A stretch of DNA of 52,027 bases from Candidatus Binataceae bacterium (GCA_030037595.1 JASHQJ010000178.1:1-52027); one strand, 5' to 3'. Shown: positions 1 to 9,439, counted from the stretch's first letter. Notes: generated by a model from the letters alone, not told the origin. Program-made: numbers and translations.

Positions 1-1
1 C

Positions 2-904
2 TCCGACCTTCATCTATATGAATGGGAGCTTGGCGCCGACCGGATGGCGGGGCAGATGCCGTTCGTAATGGGCCACGAACCGGCGGGTGACGTGGTCGCC
101 GTTGGCGCGCGTGTCACGGGCTTCAAGCTAGGAGACCGCGTCGCGCTCGATCCGTTCGGCCACTGCGGCAACTGCGGGCCGTGCCGCGCCGGGCGCTTCA
201 ATTTGTGCTCGTCGCCGACGCATCTCTCGGGCGCGTTCGCCGAGTACGCGATCGCGCCGGTCGGCAACGCGCATCGCGTGCCGAAAGATATGAATATGGA
301 GGTCGCCGCGCTGCTCGAGCCATTCGGCACCGGGCTTCACGCGGTCGAGCAATCGTCGCTCAGGGCCGGCGACAGCGCCGTCGTCGAAGGACCCGGTCCG
401 ATCGGCCTCAGCGTCGCACTGTCGCTTCGCGCGCTCGGCGTGACTTCGATCGTCGTGACGGGCCTCGAGGTCGATAAGGATCGTCTCGCGCTCGCGCGCG
501 AGATGGGCTTCAAGACGGTCTGCGCGAGCGATCGCAACTGGATCGAGCAGGTGCGCGCGCTGATACCCGAAGGCGGCGCCGACGCGGTCTTCGATGCGTG
601 CGGCATGATCGATTCGCCGCGCGAATTGCTGCATCGCGGCGGCCAGCTCCTCGAAATCGGATGGCCGGCGCGCGACCTCTCGTCCACTGAACTCCGCGCG
701 CTCTTTTTCCACGGCGTGTCGATCATCAACTCCCGCGTGCGAATGCCGGAGACTTGGCGGCGCGCGATCGCGCTGGTCGCGAGCGGCGCCGTCGATCTCA
801 TGCCGATGGTGACGCATCGATTTGATATCACGCATGGAATCGAGGCGTTCGAGCTGTTGCGCGCGCGCGGCGGCGTGAAGGCATTAGTCATTCCAAATAG
901 CTAG
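2..904 (+). CDS. Zn-dependent alcohol/polyol dehydrogenase (MDR superfamily), 5' end cut by window edge
   Basis: The frame is open from base 2 (DLHLYEWELGADRMAGQMPFVMGHEPAGDVV...). It has the catalytic-Zn GHE motif, the structural-Zn cluster CGNCGPCRAGRFNLC and a Rossmann GPGPIG. The ORF track only lists the internal Met at 44. Confidence 0.85.
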   Translation, partial: SDLHLYEWELGADRMAGQMPFVMGHEPAGDVVAVGARVTGFKLGDRVALDPFGHCGNCGPCRAGRFNLCSSPTHLSGAFAEYAIAPVGNAHRVPKDMNMEVAALLEPFGTGLHAVEQSSLRAGDSAVVEGPGPIGLSVALSLRALGVTSIVVTGLEVDKDRLALAREMGFKTVCASDRNWIEQVRALIPEGGADAVFDACGMIDSPRELLHRGGQLLEIGWPARDLSSTELRALFFHGVSIINSRVRMPETWRRAIALVASGAVDLMPMVTHRFDITHGIEAFELLRARGGVKALVIPNS

Positions 905-960
905 TAACTACAGAATCGCTAGCAACCAAAAACGGCTTATCTATTTCAGGAGAGCCAGTC

Positions 961-2079
961 ATGAAAGACGGATTCAAAATTGTCGACGTCGATACCCACT
1001 TGATGGAACCCGACTACGTATTCGAGAAGTACATCGACGAAAAGTACAAGTCGGAAGCGCCGAGGATGGGCAAGGCCGCTGAGTCGGGACGCCGAACCTT
1101 CCTGGTCGAGGGCGAACCTTTCACGCGCGAGAAGGGCAAGTATCCGATGGCGGCGCCCGCGTTCCTGGAATCGGTCCGCAAGGCGATGAAGCGCTTCGAG
1201 CGCGCGGCGAAGACGGGATTCAGCGCCGAGAGCCGCATCTGGGACATGGACGAGCAGGGCGTTGACGTGCAGGTCGTGTATCCCACGGCGGCGGGCCAGA
1301 TGCTCGGGCGCGAGTTCAGGGACGCGAAGCTGCTGGCGGCGTGTTGCCGCGCCTACAACGACTGGAGCGCTGACTTCACCTCGAAGAACACGGACCGGAT
1401 CAAGTGGGCCGCCATCCTGCCGGTGCAGGACGTTGACGAGGCGATCAAGGAGGCTCATCGATCAGCGAAGAACGGCGCGGTGAGTTTCTACGTGCGCCCG
1501 AATCCCGTGCGCGGCCGCACGATCTTCCACGAGGATTACCTTCCGCTCTGGGCCGAGGTCGAGAAGCTCGGCAAGCCAATTTCGACGCACGATTCCGCAT
1601 CGGCGTCGGTCGATTCATTCGGCGACCGGATGGACACGCACGTGACCGGGCATATCCTGTCGCATCCGTTCGAGGCGATGGCCGCGATGGCGGGACTGAT
1701 CTGGTACGGCGTGATCGAGCGCTTCCCGAAGCTCCGCGTGGTGCAGGTCGAGGCCGATGGCGGATGGGTTCCGTACTGGCTGCAGCGGATGGAACAGCAC
1801 TGGAACTACAGCGGCAACGCCGAGCACGAATACCTGAAGAAGCGGCCGACGGAATATTTCAAGAACAATTTCTTTATCGCGTTTCGCGGCGACGAGCCGA
1901 CGATGAAGGCGGCGATAGATATCATCGGCGACGACAACTTCCTCTGGGACACGGATTATCCGCATCCGGATGGGACGTTCCCGTGGGGAATCGAGGCGAT
2001 TATCAAGCAGCCGATCGCGGCCGAGAGCAAGCGCAAGATTCTCTGGGACAACGCCGTGCGCGCGTTCGGGCTCAACTGA
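961..2079 (+). CDS. amidohydrolase-2 family metal-dependent hydrolase/decarboxylase (ACMSD-like)
   Basis: 372-aa ORF with a GGAGAG RBS just upstream. The N-terminal VDVDTHLMEP and C-terminal DTDYPHPDG motifs are typical of the amidohydrolase_2 family. Confidence 0.8.
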   Translation: MKDGFKIVDVDTHLMEPDYVFEKYIDEKYKSEAPRMGKAAESGRRTFLVEGEPFTREKGKYPMAAPAFLESVRKAMKRFERAAKTGFSAESRIWDMDEQGVDVQVVYPTAAGQMLGREFRDAKLLAACCRAYNDWSADFTSKNTDRIKWAAILPVQDVDEAIKEAHRSAKNGAVSFYVRPNPVRGRTIFHEDYLPLWAEVEKLGKPISTHDSASASVDSFGDRMDTHVTGHILSHPFEAMAAMAGLIWYGVIERFPKLRVVQVEADGGWVPYWLQRMEQHWNYSGNAEHEYLKKRPTEYFKNNFFIAFRGDEPTMKAAIDIIGDDNFLWDTDYPHPDGTFPWGIEAIIKQPIAAESKRKILWDNAVRAFGLN

Positions 2080-2086
2080 GTATTCG

Positions 2087-3277
2087 ATGGATTTTGAATT
2101 CTCGCCCGAGCAGGAAGCGTTTCGCGCCGAAGTCAGAAAGTGGCTCGCGGAAAAACTGCCGCCGGAGCTTTGCGTCGATGACGCGTACGACGAGCGGATC
2201 GCACCGAATCGCGAGATCTTCGAGAAGCGCCGCGCGTGGCAGGCGAAGCTCTATCGCGCAGGCTACGGCGGATTCCCGTGGCCCAGGCAGTACGGCGGCC
2301 GCGACGCGAGCCTGATCGAGCAGTACATCTGGGACGAGGAATACAGCAACGCGCGCGCGCCCGTGCTGCCGGGATACTTCGGCCTCGGGCTATGCGGCCC
2401 GACGCTGATGCAGTGGGGCACCGCGGGGCAGAAGGAACGCTTCCTCAAGCGCATCCTCGCGGCTGATGACATCTGGTGCCAGGGCTATTCCGAGCCGGGC
2501 GCGGGCTCCGACCTCGCGGGTATCTCGACGCGCGCTGTTGACAAGGGCGACTACTTCGAGGTCAACGGGCAGAAGGTGTGGACCTCGGGCGCGCAGTACG
2601 CCGACTGGATGTTCATGCTGGCGCGCACCGACCCCGACGCGCCGAAGCATCGCGGGATCAGCTACCTGCTGCTCGACATGAAAAGCCCGGGGGTCAGCGT
2701 GCGCCCGTTGATCACGATGAACGGGCACGCGCACTTCAACGAGGTCTTCTTCGACAACGTGCAGGTGCCGCGCGACAACCTGGTCGGGCAGATCAACGAC
2801 GGCTGGAAAGTCGCGATGACCACGCTCAGCTTCGAGCGGAGCTTCGCGGGAGGCGGTGGTCACGGCTCGCAGATAAAGCGCCTCGTGGAGTTGGCGAAGC
2901 TGGTCGACATCGATGGCAAGCCGGCGTGGGAGAAAGAGTGGGTGCGGCAGAATCTCGCGCAGTTCGCGATTGAGAATGAGGCTGCCAAGTACGCGCGGCT
3001 ACGATCGTTTACGCGCCAGCTCAGGGGGCTCCCGCCGGGACCGGAAGGCTCGATGCTTAAGTTGTTCGGCTCGGAGCTCGGCATCAGGATCGCACGCTTC
3101 TCGACGGAGCTGCTGGGCGGCTACGGTCTGCTCGGCGAGGCGACGGAAGTTGTGCCGGACGCGCCGCGATGGCTGAATCGGGTGCTCAGCTCGCGGCAAT
3201 ATACGATTGCCGGCGGCACAAGCGAGATTCAGCGCAATATCATTGGCGAGCGAACGCTGGGATTGCCGAAGGGCTGA
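2087..3277 (+). CDS. acyl-CoA dehydrogenase family protein
   Basis: ATG at 2087 (MDFEFSPEQEAFRAEVRKWL...) lies 7 nt after the previous stop. The 1970 start in the ORF track overlaps the amidohydrolase and is rejected. ACAD motifs are present: QGYSEPGAGSD, GQKVWTSGA and C-terminal GGTSEIQRNIIGE. Confidence 0.85.
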   Translation: MDFEFSPEQEAFRAEVRKWLAEKLPPELCVDDAYDERIAPNREIFEKRRAWQAKLYRAGYGGFPWPRQYGGRDASLIEQYIWDEEYSNARAPVLPGYFGLGLCGPTLMQWGTAGQKERFLKRILAADDIWCQGYSEPGAGSDLAGISTRAVDKGDYFEVNGQKVWTSGAQYADWMFMLARTDPDAPKHRGISYLLLDMKSPGVSVRPLITMNGHAHFNEVFFDNVQVPRDNLVGQINDGWKVAMTTLSFERSFAGGGGHGSQIKRLVELAKLVDIDGKPAWEKEWVRQNLAQFAIENEAAKYARLRSFTRQLRGLPPGPEGSMLKLFGSELGIRIARFSTELLGGYGLLGEATEVVPDAPRWLNRVLSSRQYTIAGGTSEIQRNIIGERTLGLPKG

Positions 3278-3316
3278 ACGTTGACAACGCCGACCCACTC
3301 AAAGGACTAAGACCCA

Positions 3317-3739
3317 ATGGAACTCGAACCTCTATTTGAGATTACGCTCACGCTGGCGCCCCCGATCGTTATCCCGGACGCGCCGGACGGCACGCGCGTA
3401 ATCGTCAACGTCGCGGCAGGCAAGTTTGAAGGCCCGCGCATCAGCGGAGAGGTGCTGAACAGCGGCGGCGACTGGTTCCTGCTGCGTCCCGACGGCGTCG
3501 GCGTGGTCGATGTGCGGGTGGCGCTCAAGACGAGTGATGGCGAGAACATCTACATGACCTACAGCGGGCGTGCGCAGCTCGGGCCGAATGGACTGCCGCA
3601 GGCGCTCCAGACGGCGCCGCTCTTCTCGGCCTCGACCAAGGGCAAGTACGCGTGGCTCAATTCGGTCCAGGCGGTCGCGACGGGGGCCCTCAGCCCCGAC
3701 GGTCAGTCAGTCACATATAAATTGCAAATCGTGAAGTGA
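3317..3739 (+). CDS. DUF3237/UPF0311-like small beta-barrel protein
   Basis: 140-aa ORF with an AAGGA RBS. The pattern GPRISGEVLNSGGDW..LRPDG..DVRV.LKT.DGENIYMTYSGR resembles the DUF3237 family as I recall it; this was not verified. Confidence 0.6.
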   Translation: MELEPLFEITLTLAPPIVIPDAPDGTRVIVNVAAGKFEGPRISGEVLNSGGDWFLLRPDGVGVVDVRVALKTSDGENIYMTYSGRAQLGPNGLPQALQTAPLFSASTKGKYAWLNSVQAVATGALSPDGQSVTYKLQIVK

Positions 3740-3777
3740 TTGTCGGCGTTCTACTGAAGGCGGAGCAGCCCTTCTCT

Positions 3778-3948
3778 GACCAATCGGTCGGGTCTCGAAT
3801 TAACCTTGACAACCCAGCCAAATTCGTTTAGCAGACCAATCGGGTCCAGAATTTCTTTCTAATATATCGTAAGCTACAGCATTCGTTTGACTGCTTTCTG
3901 TTCATGACTATACTTGACTCTAGAGGTCCACTAATCTGTGACCGATTG
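3778..3948. promoter_or_regulatory. three copies of a GACCAATCGGTC-type near-palindrome in the isc leader
   Basis: GACCAATCGGTC at 3778-3789, GACCAATCGGGTC at 3834-3846, and GACCGATTG (inverted half-site) at 3940-3948. All lie within the AT-rich 237-bp gap upstream of iscS. Confidence 0.4.
3887..3914 (+). promoter_or_regulatory. candidate sigma70-type promoter of the isc operon
   Basis: TTGACT (3887-3892), a 16-nt spacer, then TATACT (3909-3914). It sits about 60 nt upstream of the iscS ATG, and a GAGAGGA RBS lies at 3966-3972. Confidence 0.45.
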
Positions 3949-3976
3949 TAGGAGTTTGGTGGGCTGAGAGGACGCG

Positions 3977-5194
3977 ATGCTGAAGACGCCGATTTACATG
4001 GATAATCACGCGACCACGCGTACGGACCCGCGCGTGCTCGACGTGATGCTACCGTATTTCACCGAGAAGTTCGGGAACGCCGCGAGCCGTAATCACAGCT
4101 TCGGCTGGGAAGCCGAGGAAGGTGTCGTGCGCGCCCGCAACCAGATTGCCGCGCTGATCGGCGGCAAGGCCAAGGAGATAATTTTCACCAGCGGCGCGAC
4201 CGAGTCGGATAACCTCGCGGTCAAGGGTGTGCTCGAGTTCTACAAGGACAAGGGCAACCACATCATCACCTGCGTCACCGAGCATAAGGCGATACTCGAT
4301 AGTTGCCGCGCGCTCGAGCGGGCCGGCAAGGCGACGGTTACGTACCTGGCGGTCGACAAGTACGGGATGGTGGATCCCGACGACGTGCGCAGCGCGATCA
4401 CCGACAAGACCGTGTTGATCTCGATCATGTGGGCGAACAACGAGATCGGCACGATTCATCCGATCGCGGAAATCGGCAAGATCGCGAAAGAAAAGGGAAT
4501 TGTGTTTCACAGCGATGCGGTGCAGGCAGTTGGGCATATTCCGGTTGACGTCGAGAAGAACGGCGTCGATCTGCTCTCGCTGACTGCGCACAAGCTTTAC
4601 GGCCCCAAGGGATGCGGCGCGCTGTGGGTTCGCTCGAAGGGACCGCGCGTGCGTATCACGCCGATTATCGACGGCGGCGGCCATGAGCGCGGCATGCGCT
4701 CGGGCACGCTGAATGTCACTGGGATCGTTGGCTTTGGTGCAGCAGCCGAGATCGCCGCGAAGGAAATGAACGAAGAGGCCGAGCGGCTGCGCGAAATGCG
4801 CAACAAGCTCCAGGCCGGATTGTTCGAGCGGCTCGACGAGATTTACCTGAACGGTCATCCGACGGAGCGGCTGCCCGGTAACCTCAACGTCAGCTTCGCG
4901 TATGTCGAAGGCGAGTCGCTCCTGATGGGAATCAACGACGTTGCGGTGAGCTCCGGCTCGGCCTGCACCTCGGCGACGCTCGAGCCCTCGTACGTGATTC
5001 GCGCGCTGGGCACCAATGAGGAGCTGGCACATAGCTCGATTCGCTTCGGCGTCGGCCGTTTCAACACAGACGAAGAGGTCGATTACGTGACGGAGCGCGT
5101 GACCAAGGAAGTGCGGCGGCTGCGCGAGATGTCGCCGCTCTACGAGATGGCCAAAGAAGGCATCGATCTCAAGTCCGTCAGCTGGAAGGCGTAA
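3977..5194 (+). CDS. iscS: cysteine desulfurase IscS
   Basis: 405 aa starting [21 protein letters not shown]. It has the PLP-Lys motif HKLYGPKG, the active-site loop SSGSACTS, and sits in isc operon context. Confidence 0.95.
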   Translation: MLKTPIYMDNHATTRTDPRVLDVMLPYFTEKFGNAASRNHSFGWEAEEGVVRARNQIAALIGGKAKEIIFTSGATESDNLAVKGVLEFYKDKGNHIITCVTEHKAILDSCRALERAGKATVTYLAVDKYGMVDPDDVRSAITDKTVLISIMWANNEIGTIHPIAEIGKIAKEKGIVFHSDAVQAVGHIPVDVEKNGVDLLSLTAHKLYGPKGCGALWVRSKGPRVRITPIIDGGGHERGMRSGTLNVTGIVGFGAAAEIAAKEMNEEAERLREMRNKLQAGLFERLDEIYLNGHPTERLPGNLNVSFAYVEGESLLMGINDVAVSSGSACTSATLEPSYVIRALGTNEELAHSSIRFGVGRFNTDEEVDYVTERVTKEVRRLREMSPLYEMAKEGIDLKSVSWKA

Positions 5195-5212
5195 GGAATC
5201 AGCGGAGGCATC

Positions 5213-5635
5213 ATGTCCTACTCGAAAAAGGTTCTCGACCATTACAACAATCCGCGCAACGTCGGCTCGTTCGCCAAGGACGAAGCCAACGTCGGCACGG
5301 GCGTTGTCGGCGCGCCGGAATGCGGCGACGTGATGAAGCTCCAGCTCAAGATCAACGACAGCGGCGTGATCGAGGACGCTAAGTTCAAGACCTTCGGCTG
5401 CGGCAGCGCGATCGCAAGTTCGAGCTACGTGACCGAGCTGGTCAAGGGCAAGCATATCGAAGAGGCGATGGCGATTAAGAACACCGTCATCGTGCAGGAG
5501 CTCAACTTGCCTCCGGTGAAGATTCACTGTTCGGTGCTCGCCGAGGATGCGATCAAGGCCGCGATCACCGACTGGAAGAAGCGCAAGGGTGACGACGCGG
5601 AAGCGCCTTCGACCGACAAGGCGGGGCGGGCGTAA
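5213..5635 (+). CDS. iscU: Fe-S cluster scaffold IscU
   Basis: Starts YSKKVLDHYNNPRNVG. The three conserved Cys are present (APECGDVMK, FGCGSAIAS, IHCSVLAEDA). There is a short charged C-terminal tail. Confidence 0.95.
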   Translation: MSYSKKVLDHYNNPRNVGSFAKDEANVGTGVVGAPECGDVMKLQLKINDSGVIEDAKFKTFGCGSAIASSSYVTELVKGKHIEEAMAIKNTVIVQELNLPPVKIHCSVLAEDAIKAAITDWKKRKGDDAEAPSTDKAGRA

Positions 5636-5650
5636 ACAGGTAGTTATGCG

Positions 5651-5968
5651 ATGATTTCGCTTTCGGAAAACGCGGTCCACAAGATCAAGCAGCTCGTTGC
5701 CGACAAGGGCGACGATGCGGGACTGCGCGTGAAGGTGGTGGGCGGCGGCTGCTCGGGGCTGCAGTACCGGATGGAAATCGACGCGGCCAAGGAGCGCGAC
5801 AAGGTTTTCGAGCGCGACGGCGCGAAACTGATCGTCGACAAGAAGAGTTTTCTTTATTTGAACGGGTCCGAGCTCGACTACGCTGAAGAACTAATGTCCG
5901 CCGGCTTTCGGGTCGTCAACCCCAATGTCAAGCGGCAGTGCGGATGCGGCGAATCGTTCGTCGTGTGA
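5651..5968 (+). CDS. iscA: A-type Fe-S carrier IscA/HesB
   Basis: 105 aa with GGGCSGLQY and C-terminal CGCGESF motifs. Confidence 0.9.
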   Translation: MISLSENAVHKIKQLVADKGDDAGLRVKVVGGGCSGLQYRMEIDAAKERDKVFERDGAKLIVDKKSFLYLNGSELDYAEELMSAGFRVVNPNVKRQCGCGESFVV

Positions 5969-5997
5969 ACGTGGGATGAGGGACACGCCTCCAAGTC

Positions 5998-6630
5998 ATG
6001 ATCGAATGCCCGTCATGCGGACGGCGGCAAACGCCGCGATTAACCTGCGAGCAGTGCAGCGCGCCGCTGGGCGCTGAACTCGACTGCTTCGTCGCGCTCG
6101 GGCTACCTCAAAAGCTCACGATCGACCTGCCCGCACTCGAGCGGCTGTATCACGATCTTAGCCGCCGGGTGCATCCCGATCGTTTCGCCTCGGCGAGTCC
6201 AAGGGTCCGAACCGCGAGCCTGCGAGCGACTGCGCTGCTCACTCGTAGTTATCGAGCGCTGAAGGATCCCGTCGCCCGCGGCCTCTACTGGCTCGAGCTC
6301 AGGGGACAGAAGCTCGCTGAGAACAACAAGCAGGTCCCGCCTGATCTGGCGGAGCTCGTGTTCAACGTGCAGGAGGAGCTCGCGGAACTCGCGGCCGAGA
6401 GATCTGACGAGCTCGAAGCGACCGTTAACGCGCGCCGCGAAGAAGTCGATCAGGCAATGAAGGCGGCGCACGAAAACCTCGCGCGCAACTTCGCCGCCTG
6501 GGATGCGGGCGGCGGTGGCGACGATCAGAAATTGATCGCCGACCTCAAGACGATTCTCTCGCGGATTGCGTACCTCCGCACGCTGCTTCGCGATATCGAT
6601 CGCGCGCTGGCGCATGCCAACGCGGCATAA
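5998..6630 (+). CDS. hscB: co-chaperone HscB with an N-terminal CxxC-x9-CxxC extension
   Basis: J-domain with VHPDRF (HPD motif) and a C-terminal helical domain. It sits between iscA and hscA. The N-terminus is MIECPSCGRRQTPRLTCEQCSAPL. Confidence 0.85.
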   Translation: MIECPSCGRRQTPRLTCEQCSAPLGAELDCFVALGLPQKLTIDLPALERLYHDLSRRVHPDRFASASPRVRTASLRATALLTRSYRALKDPVARGLYWLELRGQKLAENNKQVPPDLAELVFNVQEELAELAAERSDELEATVNARREEVDQAMKAAHENLARNFAAWDAGGGGDDQKLIADLKTILSRIAYLRTLLRDIDRALAHANAA

Positions 6631-6633
6631 GCA

Positions 6634-8496
6634 ATGAGTCGCATTTTTGGAATAGACCTCGGCACCACGCAGAGCCTGATTGCGATCATGGACGGCGGCG
6701 CACCGCGCGTGATCAGGGATGCCGAAACGGGCAACGCGTTGTTGGCGTCAGTTGTCGCGATGGCGCCCGACAGCCGGGTCGAGGTAGGGACCCGCGCGAT
6801 CGAGCTCGAGCCTCATCTCACATTTGAAAAAGATGGCCGCGTGAGCGCGGTCGGCTTCGACGGTGGCGAATACGGCGCTGTAATTCGCTCGGTGAAGCGC
6901 TACATGGGACTCGGGGGTAACGAAGTGGCGCCCGAGGATCGCGTCCGCTACGCGTTCGCAGATCTGAGCGGGTCGGTCGTTCGATTCAAAGTCGGAAGCC
7001 GCGTTTTCACGCCGCCGCAGATCTCGGCGGAGATTCTGCGCGCGCTCAAAGTCCGCGCCGAACGCGCGCTCGGTGAAAAGGTCGAGCGCGTCGTCATCAC
7101 TGTACCGGCTTATTTTAATGACGGTCAGCGCCAGGCAACGAAGGACGCCGGCCGCCTCGCCGGACTCGAGGTCGTGCGCCTCGTCAACGAGCCGACGGCC
7201 GCGTCGCTCGCATACGGACTCGGCAAGATGGCCGAGGGAGTAGTCGCGGTTTACGACTTTGGCGGCGGCACCTTTGACATTTCGATCCTGAACATTAAGG
7301 AAGGCATCTTCGAGGTCCTCGCGACCAACGGCGACACCCATCTCGGCGGTGACGATATCGACCGCGCGGTTGCCGAGTGGCTCCTGGCGGAGCTGCCCGA
7401 CTCGGTGAAGACCGACCGCCACGTATGGAACAGCGCGCGAATCGCCGCCGAGGATGCAAAGAAGCGCCTCAGCGAGATCGCGGAGACCGGGGTTGTCGTC
7501 GAGCTACCCGCGCAAACGATTCGCAAATCCCTCTCGCGCGCTGCATTAGAGAAATTTGCTGAGCCTTTCGTCGCGCGCACGATCAAGCGCTCCGAAATGG
7601 CCTTGGCTGACGCGCAGCTGAAACCTGCTGCGATCGATGCCGTCGTATTGGTAGGCGGCTCGACGCGGATGCCCTACGTGAGTGAGCAAGTTAGAACGCT
7701 ATTTGGGCGCGAGCCGCTCTGCTCGATCGACCCGGAAGAAGTCGTGGCCCTGGGTGCTGCCGTCCAGGCCGGCGTTTTGATGGGCACTCAGGGCGACCTG
7801 CTGCTCCTCGACGTGGTGCCGCTCTCGCTCGGAATCGAGACGATGGGCGGGGTGATGGAGCGTCTTATACATCGGAATACCACTATTCCGACAAGTATCA
7901 CCGAAAGTTTCACAACCGCTGTGGATAACCAAACCCACGTCGATATTCACGTTTTGCAAGGAGAGCGCGAGCTTGCTAAGGATTGCCGTAGCCTCGCGCG
8001 CTTCAAGCTAGGGCCCATTGAGCCGCAGCCGGCCGGGCTGCCCCGCATCGAAGTAACTTTCCTTATCGATGCAAACGGGATACTTAGCGTAACAGCGCGC
8101 GATGAGCGCACTGGCCGCGAGCATTCGATCGACGTCAAGCCGAGCTATGGCTTGGCCGACGACGAAATCGAACGGATGCTCGAAGAGGCGATCGATCTTG
8201 GTGAGCAGGACCTCGAACAGAGGCTGCTGATCACGGCCCGCAATGACGCCGAGCAGATCCTGGGTGCACTTCATAAGCAGCTCGGCGAGTGGGCGTCGCT
8301 GCTGGAAAACGGCGAGCGAGAGCAGATTGAGGAGGCGGTGGAGCGGTTGGAAAGGGCCCGCAAACAAACCGATCGCGAACTAATAGCCACACTGGTCGAG
8401 GAGCTGAACGAGCTGACCACGCCGTTCGCTGAACGCATTATGGACCGGGCGATTAAGGACGCGCTCGAGAAGAAGTCGGTTGACGATTTGTCGTGA
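6634..8496 (+). CDS. hscA: Fe-S assembly Hsp70 chaperone HscA
   Basis: 620 aa with Hsp70 motifs: [42 protein letters not shown] and LVGGSTRMP. Confidence 0.9.
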   Translation: MSRIFGIDLGTTQSLIAIMDGGAPRVIRDAETGNALLASVVAMAPDSRVEVGTRAIELEPHLTFEKDGRVSAVGFDGGEYGAVIRSVKRYMGLGGNEVAPEDRVRYAFADLSGSVVRFKVGSRVFTPPQISAEILRALKVRAERALGEKVERVVITVPAYFNDGQRQATKDAGRLAGLEVVRLVNEPTAASLAYGLGKMAEGVVAVYDFGGGTFDISILNIKEGIFEVLATNGDTHLGGDDIDRAVAEWLLAELPDSVKTDRHVWNSARIAAEDAKKRLSEIAETGVVVELPAQTIRKSLSRAALEKFAEPFVARTIKRSEMALADAQLKPAAIDAVVLVGGSTRMPYVSEQVRTLFGREPLCSIDPEEVVALGAAVQAGVLMGTQGDLLLLDVVPLSLGIETMGGVMERLIHRNTTIPTSITESFTTAVDNQTHVDIHVLQGERELAKDCRSLARFKLGPIEPQPAGLPRIEVTFLIDANGILSVTARDERTGREHSIDVKPSYGLADDEIERMLEEAIDLGEQDLEQRLLITARNDAEQILGALHKQLGEWASLLENGEREQIEEAVERLERARKQTDRELIATLVEELNELTTPFAERIMDRAIKDALEKKSVDDLS

Positions 8497-8512
8497 CGGA
8501 GGACGCTTCGCG

Positions 8513-8737
8513 ATGGGACTCAAATGGGATCAGGCCGAAGAGATAGCCGAGGTGCTAGCGGAGAATCACCCCGGGCTCAATCCGCTTGACGCCCGATTCA
8601 CGGACCTTCGCCAGTGGGTGATCGATCTGGATGAGTTCGATGACGATCGGAACGCATCGACGGAGGCCAAGCTCGAGGCGATCCAGATGGCGTGGCACGA
8701 GATCTACAAGGAACAAAACGAGGACGACTCTGAATAA
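8513..8737 (+). CDS. iscX: Fe-S assembly protein IscX (YfhJ-like)
   Basis: MGLKWDQAEEIAEVLAENHPGLNPLDARFTDLRQWVIDLDEFDDD closely parallels E. coli IscX (MGLKWTDSREIGEAL...RFTDMHQWICDLEDFDDD). A GGAGGA RBS is present. The 8480 start in the track overlaps hscA. Confidence 0.85.
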   Translation: MGLKWDQAEEIAEVLAENHPGLNPLDARFTDLRQWVIDLDEFDDDRNASTEAKLEAIQMAWHEIYKEQNEDDSE

Positions 8738-8860
8738 ATATTCCCGCGGCTTCGTCGAAAAACACGGCCGGAATGGCCGCAACTGAATGCCGCGTTACAA
8801 AAACAGGAGGGTGGGGCGGTGGAGGCCAGGACAAGTTTGAGGACTGAACAGGGAGAGAAG

Positions 8861-9433
8861 ATGCAGGAAAAAGAGACTTTGGACGAGAGGCTGCCGGGGC
8901 TGTTCGAGCCCGACACCCTTTTGCCCATCCAATATTTCGAGGCGATGCGCCGCAAGCATCTGCTCGAGGGCGAGAAGCGTCTCATCCTGAGCGTGCTCGA
9001 GGACGCGGTCGAATGCTTCATGAAATGCATCGACGCCAGCACCAACAAGGGCCAGCGTCTGTTCCGCGAGGCTGACGAATGGATCAGCCACGAGGACAAG
9101 CGATGGGTATTCTCATTTGACAACGTCTGCGAGATGCTCGACATCAATCCTGAATACATGCGGATGGGATTGAAGCGCTGGAAGGAGCGCAAGCTCGAGG
9201 CGATCGAGCGCCGGCGCGCGATCGCGGCCGAAGAGGCAGCTCGCGCCCAGGCGCTCATGGTGGACGCCGCGGTGGCGGCGCCTCCGGCGCCGGCAACCAC
9301 GGCGCGCGTGTCGCCCAAGCCAGCGCTGAAAGCGCCGGCCAAGGCTCCCGCCGCGCCGCATCGCGCGCGGCACAACGAGCTTGCGCGCCCGACGCACTCC
9401 GCGTCGTCGCACAAGCTCCGCAAGCACGCCTAA
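8861..9433 (+). CDS. hypothetical protein with a structured acidic N-terminal domain and a Lys/Ala/Pro-rich basic tail
   Basis: ATG at 8861 is preceded by GGGAGA; GTG at 8819 is an alternative start. The composition is protein-like (…WVFSFDNVCEMLDINPEYMRMGLKRWKERK…). The tail is PKPALKAPAKAPAAPHRARH…KLRKHA. The antisense ORF 8704..9423 is low-complexity. Confidence 0.6.
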   Translation: MQEKETLDERLPGLFEPDTLLPIQYFEAMRRKHLLEGEKRLILSVLEDAVECFMKCIDASTNKGQRLFREADEWISHEDKRWVFSFDNVCEMLDINPEYMRMGLKRWKERKLEAIERRRAIAAEEAARAQALMVDAAVAAPPAPATTARVSPKPALKAPAKAPAAPHRARHNELARPTHSASSHKLRKHA

Positions 9434-9439
9434 CAGGAG

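Noticed and set aside
3317-3739. Possibility that the gene upstream of iscS is a divergent IscR/Rrf2 regulator
   Set aside because: The translation has no winged-helix HTH and no Cys ligand pattern. It matches a DUF3237-like beta-rich protein instead.
4049-5680. 543-aa minus-strand ORF antisense to iscS/iscU
   Set aside because: Its Arg/Ala/His-rich low-complexity translation is typical of antisense frames in high-GC DNA. It is fully overlapped by strongly conserved isc genes on the plus strand.
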